64,000 bases of DNA from contig NW_005434661.1 in the NCBI RefSeq assembly GCF_000315625.1, positions 532,617 to 596,616 of the forward strand, given 5' to 3'. The stretch is from Guillardia theta CCMP2712. Lineage: Eukaryota; Protista; Cryptophyta. Position 1 is the first letter of the stretch. Each line of letters opens with the position of its first letter. The notes below the pieces were generated by a model. That model did not search any database. It saw only the letters and a program-made list of their open reading frames with translations, and was not told where the DNA came from. A program made the position numbers and the translations under genes. Of this stretch, positions 47,742-58,273 are shown one piece after another.

Positions 47742-50700
47742 CTACTTCCAGGGTCTTGAGTTTGGCAACGCTTTCCTTTCGATCAAAGCTCCATCCACTA
47801 CTGCCACCGTCCCTATCCGCTCTGGGAAGAAAGTGGCGGGGGCAGCAGAGGAGGAAGAGGAAGAGGCTTCTCCCTGCCTCCCAGCCCGAGGGAGGACTGA
47901 GATCAGTCCACCTGACTGGCTGCTGTGAGTGCTTGCTTTCATGGACCATAGTTTCCTCCCCCGTAGTCCATCCGCATGATACGCAGCGATCAGCTCGCTC
48001 GTGCGAACATTCTCCTTGCCCTGAGCCTCATGTATCGCCTCCAAGTGTCTCATCCTGCTTTCTCCTACCCCTCCCGCCCCTCCTACTGCCCCAGCAGTTG
48101 GTTCGTTCCACACCCACTCATCGCTCATGCCGCTTGGTTTCTCCTCAAAACCCTCCGAGGGTTTGGAATCATGGCGGAGGAGTGAAAAGGTGGCAGGAGC
48201 TCCTGACAGCTCTCCCCCACCTCGATATGCCTCCACGTCCTCCTGCTTGCCGCTGAGGTCACTGGTCAGCGCCCTCCCAGTGAGTCGGCAGAAGGCCTGC
48301 TCCGATGTCAAATCCCCTTGTAGGAGCTGCTCCATCAGATCTTTGTGCTGAGCTCGCTGCTCGCTGCTCGTGCTCTGTCCTGCTCCTGCGATCTTACTTC
48401 TGTAGGGTGGTTTTCTGTCCTTCCTGCCCCCTTCCTTCCTTGAGGCACTTTCGACTTGAATCTTGAGGCGCAACTTGCGGGCATTGGCTCGTTCCTTTCT
48501 CATCTCCTGATGTTCTCTCTCAAATGTCTCTTCAGTTGCTCCTGAACTCTGCTGCAAGACCAAGTTTTCCTTCTGCTGCTCCTTATATACAGGTTGCTGG
48601 TGCCAATGCAGGTCTTTCAAGTTACCGACGATCTCTTCCACTGGGGACAAAGTCAACCATGGCTCCCATACCTTGTCCTTCATCCTCTGCGTCCTAGATG
48701 AGCGACTCTCCATGGGCTTGAACGGGTTCACTGCCCTCTCCCTGGCTGCATTGTTCTTCCAGATCTTTGCATAGACAGCGTAACAATGGAGGCAAACAGG
48801 CACGTTGTCTATCAGAGCCATCCTGCCCAGCGAGCTGAAGCTGCCAACGTTGGGCCTGTCCGTTAGGCTCACTCTGCCTCTGACGGCCTCGGAGGCCTCG
48901 TGCTCTACCTTCTTCCAAGTGTTGGCAGAAAAGGGGCGAATCAATTTCTCACTCGACTGGATCGGCTGCATCAGGGAAGTTGCCTTGGCGCTCGGCGGCC
49001 TCGACCGCTGCTCCTTCTTCGACCCGCACTCAGCATGCAGCCTGTACGAGATCGACAGTCCCCAACCCAGCAGCTGTGGCGCTGCCCCCTGCGGATTGAA
49101 CTGCTGCCCTGCCTCCAGCATCGGGTGGCTCAGATTCCAATCCCCGTGGATCTCCTCTCCCTGAAAGCAAGTCAAGGTCTGAACGATCCGGAGCTTGTCA
49201 GCGAGCACGGGAGCAATGGAGGGCTGAGTGACGTCGACACCAGACCTCGTGCCCTGCTCGGGTGAGTATCGATGAATTTTCCCGAGCGTCCCGCTGGGCG
49301 ACGTCAGCGTCAAACATACGTCGGTCGAGATCTCTCCTTGGTATTCAGCCCAGAAGGTCAGTCCATCAGCAAGAACCCTTCCCCTGCCCTTCACGTGCAG
49401 GAGCTGATTGAGATTCCTGAAAGACAAGTCTGCAGCTTGTTTGCTGGATATAGCGTACACTCGATTCATACTTGATTTTTTTCTGTCCATGGCAAGTATC
49501 TGGTAGGAGACGAAGTGCGAGGATAGATTTTTCTGCCCCTCCGCCTCGTGCAGATTGTCATAAGAGCCTAACTGACACCTCTGAATCAGGTCGGGCTCCT
49601 TGGCAAACTCATAAGGATAGCTTCCATCGCAGTAGTCGCCTCTGCAAGCCTGTCTTGACGTGCACAGGGGAGGGGCAGGACTTGTCGTCTCTATGTGTTG
49701 GTGCCCGTGATCGACATCTGTCTCCATTACGACATCCTGACAGTCCATCAGAAAGAGGTTTGAGCGCATCCCCTTGGACGAGTCCAGGGAGAAGGTGAAC
49801 TTCGCCTTGAGGATGTTGACCTCGGCCTGACGCTCCAGGGCTTGCACAAGGGCTCGAGCTCGCTGCTCCATCATCCAGTTCATGACTTTGTCCTCCGAGC
49901 GAACTTCTACTGGCTGCATTTCAAACTTTTCGGCATCCTGTTCCCTCGCCTCCTCTGCCTCCTCCTCCGTATCTCTCAAGCAGGCAGCAGGAGAGTCCCA
50001 GCACAGGAAGATGGGAACCTTGCCAACCTGGCAGTCCTTGGAGTAGACAACATCCCACCGCCGCCTCGGATACTTTCGATCACAGACGCGAGCAAAGCTG
50101 GAGCAGTGGAGCATTTCTTCACTTTGAATGAAAGACTTGAACTGTCTCAGGGAGAGGAACTTGTAGCGCAAGGCGTTGTCCTTCAGTATCCGGGCAATGC
50201 AGCAAGCTTCCCAGCGCGACACCTTTTGTTCCTTGCCATCAGCCTCCTGCTCCTTGAGATGTTCTGCTTCAAACACCTGCTGGATGTAGAGCAGGTTTGT
50301 CTTCTCGCTCGTCCGCCGCATGAGCTTCCCCGGAAGCCCTCCTGACATGTAATACCATCCCGTTGGATTGCCGTTGCTGAGGAAAACTGTGTGGGGCATT
50401 GAGATTCCTAGAGACTCGAGCGAGGGAAGCTCCACGGCATCCTTCTTGGTGTCGATCCTCTTCATGATGGTGTCCAACAGAGCCTTGAAGTGATTCGGAG
50501 TTACCTTCCCCTCTTTACCACAAATCCCTCGCATCTGCTCCTCTATCGCCTTCAGGTAATTCTCTCTATCCCGCGCTTTCTTGATGTTCATATCCAGGAT
50601 TCTTGATTCACTTTCAGCTCCCGACCACTCATCTGCTCTTGCGTCTTCGTCCGGCATCTCACAGGACAGGAGCATGTCTACCAGCCCCTCGTTCGCCACC

Positions 50701-50906
50701 GCCCCAACAATCGATTCTACCTCAACCTCCCTCTGCACTCCGTGCGTGCTCACGTTCTTCCTGAGCTCTTCATAGAGAGCTCGCAGCCTACGCTCTATCC
50801 TCCTTTTCCTCTCCTCTCTCGTCTTCCTCCTCCTCACAGCTGCAGGCTCTCCCCTCCTCCTCATCCTCCTCAGCTCCTCCCCTGCCCAAGCCAGCCAGTC
50901 GTGCAT
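47742..50906 (-). CDS. Large hypothetical protein (~1050 aa) containing a proprotein-convertase P-domain-like segment and Cys motifs
   Basis: 1054-aa ORF; DVCLTLTSPSGT...LTCFQGEEIHGDWNL lies between CRGDYC and VPVCLHCYAVY. Confidence 0.75.
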   Translation of the reverse strand: MHDWLAWAGEELRRMRRRGEPAAVRRRKTREERKRRIERRLRALYEELRKNVSTHGVQREVEVESIVGAVANEGLVDMLLSCEMPDEDARADEWSGAESESRILDMNIKKARDRENYLKAIEEQMRGICGKEGKVTPNHFKALLDTIMKRIDTKKDAVELPSLESLGISMPHTVFLSNGNPTGWYYMSGGLPGKLMRRTSEKTNLLYIQQVFEAEHLKEQEADGKEQKVSRWEACCIARILKDNALRYKFLSLRQFKSFIQSEEMLHCSSFARVCDRKYPRRRWDVVYSKDCQVGKVPIFLCWDSPAACLRDTEEEAEEAREQDAEKFEMQPVEVRSEDKVMNWMMEQRARALVQALERQAEVNILKAKFTFSLDSSKGMRSNLFLMDCQDVVMETDVDHGHQHIETTSPAPPLCTSRQACRGDYCDGSYPYEFAKEPDLIQRCQLGSYDNLHEAEGQKNLSSHFVSYQILAMDRKKSSMNRVYAISSKQAADLSFRNLNQLLHVKGRGRVLADGLTFWAEYQGEISTDVCLTLTSPSGTLGKIHRYSPEQGTRSGVDVTQPSIAPVLADKLRIVQTLTCFQGEEIHGDWNLSHPMLEAGQQFNPQGAAPQLLGWGLSISYRLHAECGSKKEQRSRPPSAKATSLMQPIQSSEKLIRPFSANTWKKVEHEASEAVRGRVSLTDRPNVGSFSSLGRMALIDNVPVCLHCYAVYAKIWKNNAARERAVNPFKPMESRSSRTQRMKDKVWEPWLTLSPVEEIVGNLKDLHWHQQPVYKEQQKENLVLQQSSGATEETFEREHQEMRKERANARKLRLKIQVESASRKEGGRKDRKPPYRSKIAGAGQSTSSEQRAQHKDLMEQLLQGDLTSEQAFCRLTGRALTSDLSGKQEDVEAYRGGGELSGAPATFSLLRHDSKPSEGFEEKPSGMSDEWVWNEPTAGAVGGAGGVGESRMRHLEAIHEAQGKENVRTSELIAAYHADGLRGRKLWSMKASTHSSQSGGLISVLPRAGRQGEASSSSSSAAPATFFPERIGTVAVVDGALIERKALPNSRPWK

Positions 50907-51094
50907 GTCAAATCAACCGAACGACAACCACATCCCCGCTCTGACCTGCTCAGTCTCCGAAGCCTGCCAACCATGAACCGTTGAACCGGGCCGCCGGGCC
51001 CGGGGGGGGGGGGGAGCCGCGGTCGGACCGTCCGACAGTCCGACGGTCCGAGTCGGAACGCGGCGGCCCGCCGGGCCGGAACTTCCGACTCGTG

Positions 51095-51262
51095 ACTGCA
51101 GTTGGGGGACAGCACTGCAGTTGGCCGCAGGAATAGGTTTGGTTCTCGCTGTCTTTTCTCCTCTGAGTCTCGCCGTTTGGCCTGTGCGACAGTGTCAGGG
51201 GCAAGCCTCCTCGACTCTCATTATTGTCCTCGTACTGATTTTTAACTTAACTTTGAGTAAAG
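51095..51262 (-). repeat. Dispersed non-coding repeat, copy B (inverted relative to 5252-5870)
   Basis: The reverse complement reads CTTTACTCAAAGTTAAGTTAAAA...GAGAGTCGAG...CTGTCGCACAGGCCAAACGGCGAGACT...GAAAAGACAGCGAGAACCAAAC. Confidence 0.8.
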
Positions 51263-51814
51263 ACTGGGAGAGTTAAAAGCTCTATGACCGTCAACGACGT
51301 GCCGGAACAAGAAGGTTATGGCATTGTAATTCGCAAAGACGCCGGCACCGTCAGAGCACAAGAGAGCTATTCCGTGCCGTCATACGATGACATGTCATGG
51401 TCATGGAATGGTCGTAAGATCGCATCGCTACGTTAAAGCTCCGCAAAAAGTAAAAATCCTGACGTCCACGAAAAGTATCCTTCTCGCATTCATTCCATAG
51501 AGCACTCTTGAAGGTGTACCACACGGGTAGTCCCATACCCGAGAGGGGGTGGGGGGTGGATTAGAGCTTTACATCCTTCGCAGGCGTGGGGTACTTTTGA
51601 CCCTCCACTAGCTCTCTTGTGCTTCCACTCCCGGATGCCACATACTTCTCCCCCCTCCCCTCCTCTCTGTATACCACCTTGACGTTCCCTCTCCGCCCCT
51701 ACATCTCCCTCCCTCCTCTACCTGCTCTGTCTGCTCAGCTCTACTGCCTGCGAATACCTACCACACGTAGACCTTCTCCTCCTGCCCACCTCCAATCCTT
51801 CCCTTCTTCTCGAC

Positions 51815-52195
51815 ATGACGGCTGCCTGCCCTACCTCCCATGACTGGCATCCTCCCTCTCCCCTCCCCGCTGATCTCCTCCTCGCCCTCGGGTCCCCTTG
51901 CCCTGCTTCCTCCTCCCTCTCGGTCTCCTCCCTCCACGTCATGTCTGTCGCCCTCAGCCGTCTCGTTCACCTCGGCTTCGTGGTGCTGGTGCTGGCGGCG
52001 GCGCTGGTGCAGCTCGTCCTCGCCGACGACCTGGAGGAGGCGACGAGGCCGCAGCCCGACTCTGCCAGGCCTGCAGCGGCCGACCCGCCGGCTTGCGGCT
52101 ACACGAGCGGAGGCTTCGACCGACGGAAGATGCTGCAGCCGAGCTTCGGGCAGACGTTCAAGGCCAAGCGGGTAGGGGCGTGCATGAGGGAGTAG
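51815..52195 (+). pseudogene. Cassette copy 1: first exon only of a membrane/secreted protein gene
   Basis: 126-codon ORF with hydrophobic LGFVVLVLAAALVQLVLA. Similarity to the other copies stops at ~52195, before exon 2. Confidence 0.55.
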
Positions 52196-52589
52196 GGGGT
52201 AGTTGTGTAGGAATGGAGGAGGACAAATGTATGTATGATATGATGTAAGCGATGTGAATAAACGATGTAGTATGCCAGGGAGCTTGTGCTATGCATGTGT
52301 GCTGCGACTTGAGCTGCTGGCGAGGAGGGAGGGGGTTGCGTAGGTATGAAGGAGGAGCATCTCAAGATGCTTTCCTGGGAATCTGGCATCAGGCGACTCA
52401 GGGGTCCTCCGTGAGCTCAAGGCTCTTTCGGGCCATGGCATTGCTGATGCGGTTCTGTCAATATACTCCAAGGGATTGGTCTGTCAAAACAAGATGGCAG
52501 AGCAGGCAGCCCGGGGATGCTGAAGATGAAGACGACGATCTGTCAAACTCGCACATGAGAGAGCAGATAAGACATCCATTTAGCAAAAA

Positions 52590-53153
52590 GCCCCCAGAGA
52601 CTGAGCCTGTGGCAATGGAAGCTCGCAGTAGACCTTCCTCGCAAAGGAGCCCGCCAGCCAGTCGTCGGAGGTCTCTTCATAGAACGAGGTCAGCGTAGGC
52701 GAGCTGTAGTAGCGTTGTAGGCATGGGGGAGACGTGATTTGCTTTTACTATAGTACATGCCTATGCCAGCTCCTACTCCCTCATGCACGCCCCTACCCGC
52801 TTGGCCTTGAACGTCTGCCCGAAGCTCGGCTGCAGCATCTTCCGTCGGTCGAAGCCTCCGCTCGTGTAGCCGCAAGCCGGCGGGTCGGCCGCTGCAGGCC
52901 TGGCAGAGTCGGGCTGCGGCCTCGTCGCCTCCTCCAGGTCGTCGGCGAGGACGAGCTGCACCAGCGCCGCGGCCAGCACCAGCACCACGAAGCCGAGGTG
53001 ACCGAGACGGCTGAGGGCGACAGACAGGACGTGGAGGGAGGAGACCGAGAGGGAGGAGGAAGCAGGGCAAGGGGACCCGAGGGCGAGGAGGAGATCAGCG
53101 GGGAGGGGAGAGGGAGGATGCCAGTCATGGGAGGTAGGGCAGGCAGCCGTCAT
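52590..53153 (-). CDS. Cassette copy 2: membrane/secreted protein gene, at least 2 exons
   Basis: Same 126-codon ORF. A probable intron after KAKR leads to QITSPPCLQRYYSSPTLTSFYEETSDDWLAGSFARKVY. The 3' end is unclear. Confidence 0.55.
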
Positions 53154-53921
53154 GTCGAGAAGAAGGGAAGGATTGGAGGTGGGCAGGAGGAGAAGGTCTA
53201 CGTGTGGTAGGTATTCGTAGGCAGTAGAGCTGAGCAGACAGAGCAGGTAGAGGAGGGAGGGAGATGTAGGGGCGGAGAGGGAACGTCAAGGTGGTATACA
53301 GAGAGGAGGGGAGGGGGGAGAAGTATGTGGCATCCGGGAGTGGAAGCACAAGAGAGCTAGTGGAGGGTCAAAAGTACCCCACAGCCTGCGAAGGATGTAA
53401 AGCTCTAATCCACCCCCCACCCCCTCTCGGGTATGGGACTACCCGTGTGGTACACCTTCAAGAGTGCTCTATGACCCTACCCCGGAGAGGATGGAGAGTA
53501 ACCGATGAAACTATCCGTCATGGCCAGCGCATGGAATGAGTGCGAGAAGGATGCTTTTCGTGGACGTCAGGATTTTTACTCCCTGCCATCGGGACTCAAA
53601 GGGTGTTCCCAGTTATTCTAGATGCATCTAGTGTCTTCGGAGCGAGGCCCCGAGGGCTAGAGATTGATGACACTAGACGCTTCGGAGGTGCAAATGTATG
53701 ACGGAGCTTTAACGTAGCGATGCGATCTTACGACCATTCCGTGACCATGACATGTCATCGTACCACGGCACGGGGTGCACTTGACCTCCAGTAGAGGAAT
53801 AGCTCTCTTGTGCTTCCACTTGCTCTTTCCCCCAGTCCCTGTATAAGACTGACTCTCTCCCCTGCATCTCCTCCACACATCTGCAACGCCCACGCCATCG
53901 CCTCCCAGCCTGCCTTGCCTC

Positions 53922-54506
53922 ATGTCTCCTCTCGACTCTACCTCCCACGACTGGCATCCTCTCTCTCCCCTCCCCGCTGATCTCTTCCTCGCCCTCGAGT
54001 CCCCTTGCCCTGCTTCCTCCTCCCTCTCTGTCTCCTCCCTCCACGTCCTGTCTGTCTCCCTCAGCCGTCTCGTTCACCTCGGCTTCGTGGTGCTGGTGCT
54101 GGCGGCGGCGCTGGTGCAGCTCGTCCTCGCCGACGACCTGGAGGAGGCGACGAGGCCGCAGCCCGACTCTGCCAGGCCTGCAGCGGCCGACCCGCCGGCT
54201 TGCGGCTACACGAGCGGAGGCTTCGACCGACGGAAGATGCTGCAGCCGAGCTTCGGGCAGACGTTCAAGGCCAAGCGGGTAGGGGCGTGCATGAGGGAGT
54301 AGGAGCTGGCATAGGCATGTACTATAATAAAGCAAATCACGTCTCCCCCATGCCTACAACACTACTACAGCTCGCCTACCCTTACCTCCTTCTTGGAAGA
54401 GACCTCCGACGACTGGCTGGCGGGCTCCTTTGCGAGGAAGGTCTACTATGCACAGCGACATTCATAACCAGTATCTCGAAGGTTTTCTTTGAGCTCAGTC
54501 TCTGGG
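53922..54506 (+). CDS. Cassette copy 3: paralogue head-to-head with copy 2
   Basis: Same 126-codon ORF. Exon 2 QITSPPCLQHYYSSPTLTSFLEETSDDWLAGSFARKVY shows third-position synonymous changes versus copy 2 (acg/acc, ctg/ctt, tcg/tcc). Confidence 0.55.
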
Positions 54507-54830
54507 CGCTGATCAAAATGTACCTGACTTTCTTCATGACAGGGCAGATATCATGATGGAAGCAGGGAGAATGGATGGGTGCATGCATGCAGGAAGACGC
54601 CGACAGTATGGAATGGAGACGCTAGAGTGGGGCCTTCCTGTGTCGGAAGCATGGGAGAGATAAATGTTTGCAAGCCTGATCGTACTTACAGTGTGATAGA
54701 TTAGATTCTGTGCAGCATCAAGGCAGGTAGGCAGCATGATGAGTGGAGTTGATGCCGGGCCCTTGGACTTGTTCAATACCATGACAATGCTGACGAGAGT
54801 GTGTGTTTCGCTCTTGTCAAATTCATTTAC

Positions 54831-57200
54831 TTAAGTCTCAGGTCTCACAGCCTTCCGGCGACGCTTTCTGTTGCCTCTCAGCACACCCACCACTGTCATC
54901 CAACACAGTTGCGTAAATCTTGACATGTCACCATTTGTTTCCGTCTTAGTGACCTTCTCGTACTCTTCGAAGAGATAATTTTCGCATTGATCAAATATGA
55001 AACCTGCCTCCTCGCGATTGGGATCAGCCTTGTAAATCCCAAGAGCTTCAGCCTCCTCTTTGATGCGTTCGAACAGATATTTCATATCAGAATGCCTCTT
55101 GCCGTCATATTTCGTGGGAAAGTCAATCCCTCTAAGGCGCTTGAATGGACCTTTTCGAGTATCCGCATGTCCGAAATGATACACCATGTACGCGCATCTC
55201 GTGGTCATCTGTGCCCAAGGGAATGTACCTTTCTGCGGCTTCGTTGTCGCATTCCGTGAATTACTCACAACCTGTCCTTGTGATGAGCCCAATACATCGT
55301 TCTCCTCATCACGATTCAAGTTGTTTACCAGCCTGCGAGCTCCAATGTCCTGGGATCTGGCAAGGATGGTATCCACTTTGTCATTGACAATAACAAACAT
55401 CTGATGAAAAATTCCCATGCTGTCTTCATGCCGACCGCTAGTTTCAACTGTGGTAGAACCGCTCACTGATGTGACGGTGCCATCGTGTGCCCCGACGGGA
55501 CGGTGACAACGCTGACATGGCATTCTAGACTGTTCTTTCTGCTTCTGGATCATGCCTTTGATTTTTGCCATTTCGACTTTGATTTCTGCCATTTCTTTCA
55601 ACAAGCATGTATGGGATGTTATCCCCGTCGCAACTCTTCCGTGCGCCTCAGTTGTAACGAATTTCTTCAACGTAGCTATGAATCCTTCGTGAATGAACAA
55701 TTCCGTTTGAAACAGAGGATGGTTTGTGGGCATTGTTTCACGAAGAAATTTTTCATGGTAGATGACAGACGCCAGAGATTGTTCAGCAAGCCTCCTAAGC
55801 CGTGCATTTCCCTGAATGCATGGATATAGTTGGTCCATGATCGCATTGATCTCTTTCCGTGTTTCACTATTCTCACACCAGAACATAGGCGGTAGGGCCG
55901 CAAATTCTGGTTTGTCTGTGGGTAAACCACAACATTTCCTTCCTACCTGGTGTGGTTGGAAGTCAGATACTGGCCGCAATACTTTCCCGGAATCAACTTA
56001 CTTGCTGGTCTGCAGCGGCCTCGTATCTGAGATACGTGTCATGTATCGTACCCATTTTCCAACCAGCTCGCAGTGAAATCGCACTGATGCTTGGTCCGCT
56101 GGTAGTTCCTGACGCCGTATATGTAGCCGATCCTTTTCTGATACTATGTGTGCCTGTATGCAGCATCAACTGGTGAATGACTAGATGTGATGGGCGACCT
56201 AAGTCTCCGACGTGTAAACCGTTGTTCTCAAGAGCTACAAGAACATCCTTGTCCTGCAACAACCTTTTGCTGAAAAGTTTTCTGAATCTTTCATATTGGC
56301 TGGTGCCTGGGAATAACCGACCTCCTGACGTTGAGTGGTCCACTGGGAACATCAACCAGTAAACACCTGCCATCAACTCCCTTTCAATAAAAGTTCGTTC
56401 GAGGTATGTCAGGCGGCGTACCTAACGACAAGATCGGGCATATGGAAGGGTTGGTGGTGTTTGCATACACGTGTTTTGGATCCCTTAGAAAGATTCATGA
56501 GTGAATTGAACAAACGACAAGACGGTAGAAGCTCACATCGCCTTGTCTCCCCCGTGATGGTCCTTCTGGTGAATGGTATAGAATTGGAACGCATCGTTTG
56601 CGAAATCCATATGATTGTACAACAATCCTGCAGTGTTGCTGCTCCTTGACATCAAGTTCCAGCTTAAAAGCATAAACGTTCTTCCCCAAATGAATTCCCT
56701 GTCCATCTTGCAAAGCATCTCTTTCGCTAGTACTTGGTAGATGGTAAAAGGTAGAGGGTCTTTCCCCGCGGTAACTTTCACAGAACAATCCTTCGTTGCC
56801 TGCCGGTCCTGACGGTACGTTTGACATGTGCTGTCAGCCAGATTGTGGTTCAAAAGATCTTCAGTATCTCGACGTAATTGTTCTACGTCTGCCAGCGACA
56901 GTCTCAGCTTTTCGAGCGAGGGTTGCGGACGCCGCGGCCGTGGCGGTGCTGACCGTTGAGGTCCGGGAGACTGAGTGATGGCCGGGACTGCGACTGACTG
57001 GCTTGTCATAGCAACGGCAGCTGTGCTGGAACACCGAGACTGTCCACAGCTTCCTGTCTGCTCAAAGTCCTCCGTGCTACCCGCACAGATTGCGGGAAGA
57101 AGAAAGCACGCTTGCACTGGCTACACTCTTGTAGAGGACACGCTCCAAGGTGTTGAGGAAGTACCTTGCATCCCTCAGCAAACCGCACTCCTGCTACCTC
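54831..57200 (-). mobile_element. Crypton (CryptonS-like) tyrosine-recombinase transposon gene, intron-containing, 5'-degenerate
   Basis: GKDPLPFTIY, FMLLSWNLMSRS (R), DPKHVYAN...ICPILSLGVY, LFPGTSQYERF, GTHSIRKGSAT (HxxR), LRAGWKMG (W), DTYLRYEAAADQQVGRKCCGLP (Y) and FAALPPMF, across four short introns. The Zn finger is frameshifted and the core-binding domain is missing. Confidence 0.85.
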
Positions 57201-58273
57201 CTGTCCACCAGCCGCCGTAGGGGCAAAACTGCGCTCGGATTATTTTCATCTCATCGCCCTCCGACACAAGCATCATCGTCCTCATACCCTTGTTCATCAC
57301 CCTCATATACCGTTTCATCACCCTCACCCCCAGCCTCACCCAGGGCTCACCTCACCCTGAAGAATTCCAGCATCGAGTAAAATCCCAGTGGTATTGTTTT
57401 TCAATATAGTTCAGATAATTCAAATTTATATGGTTTAATTTCTGAAATCTGATGAAAGGCCGTTGAAGGTACGGTCTCGAAAACACCGTTGCCAGCACCT
57501 GTATCACCCACCCCCTCCTGATTTTACAGGGGTCACCAAATCACTGTAACTTGGGTGGGTCTGTATCAATCAAATAGGTGGTAGGGGTACTTTACATCGA
57601 TGTACTTGTAGGTGGGGTACGTCTGGAGATCTTGACAAGGCGTGGGTGACATGTGATGAAAGCAGGGGTACATACACTGGTTTGAGGGGGTAGTGGTGGT
57701 CGATGCTACGGGGGTGGTCGGATACCGTTGAATGAAATTGTGGAAGTTGACTAGACGGGTGAGGCTGGCGATCGCAGATGGAGAAAGGAGGGTGGGGTTA
57801 TCTGAGTAGGGGTGTTTTGACCACAAAATATAGTCTGAGAACCCGGTCATCTTGGACTTTCGATTTCAGTGACAGGGGTGGGGACTGGGGATCTGGGGTA
57901 GCCCCAACGGAGGGTTTTGGAGAGGTCGTGAGATCAGGGGTGAGATGGGGGTGGGGGTTCTGATGGGGAGTGGAGGGTAGGGTTAGCTAGAGGAGGGAGA
58001 CGTCGGAGAGAGCTTGCGGAGGAGGACGACGAGGAGAGGGGGAGGAGAGATGCATTGAGGAGGGGATAGAGGAGGATAGAGGACAGAAGGAAGTAGAAAG
58101 GCACCATCACTGAATTCCGTTCTCGTGCCAAAGTTGGTGTTTGTTCTGGTTGTGAATTGATCCTTTGAAAACTAGGTACTTCGCAAACAATCACTGGAGG
58201 GACCTTTAGTTCTGTCAATCGCTTTCCTGGCACGCAGAGAGAAAACTTTCCCGTCAACTAAAACCATTGAGAC

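Larger units (their letters stand above)
51352..54506. repeat. Triplicated gene cassette in + / - / + orientation (nested inverted repeats)
   Basis: 51352-52195 matches the reverse complement of ~52773-53815 (two insertions in the latter). ~53935-54506 matches the reverse complement of ~52590-53140. Confidence 0.95.
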
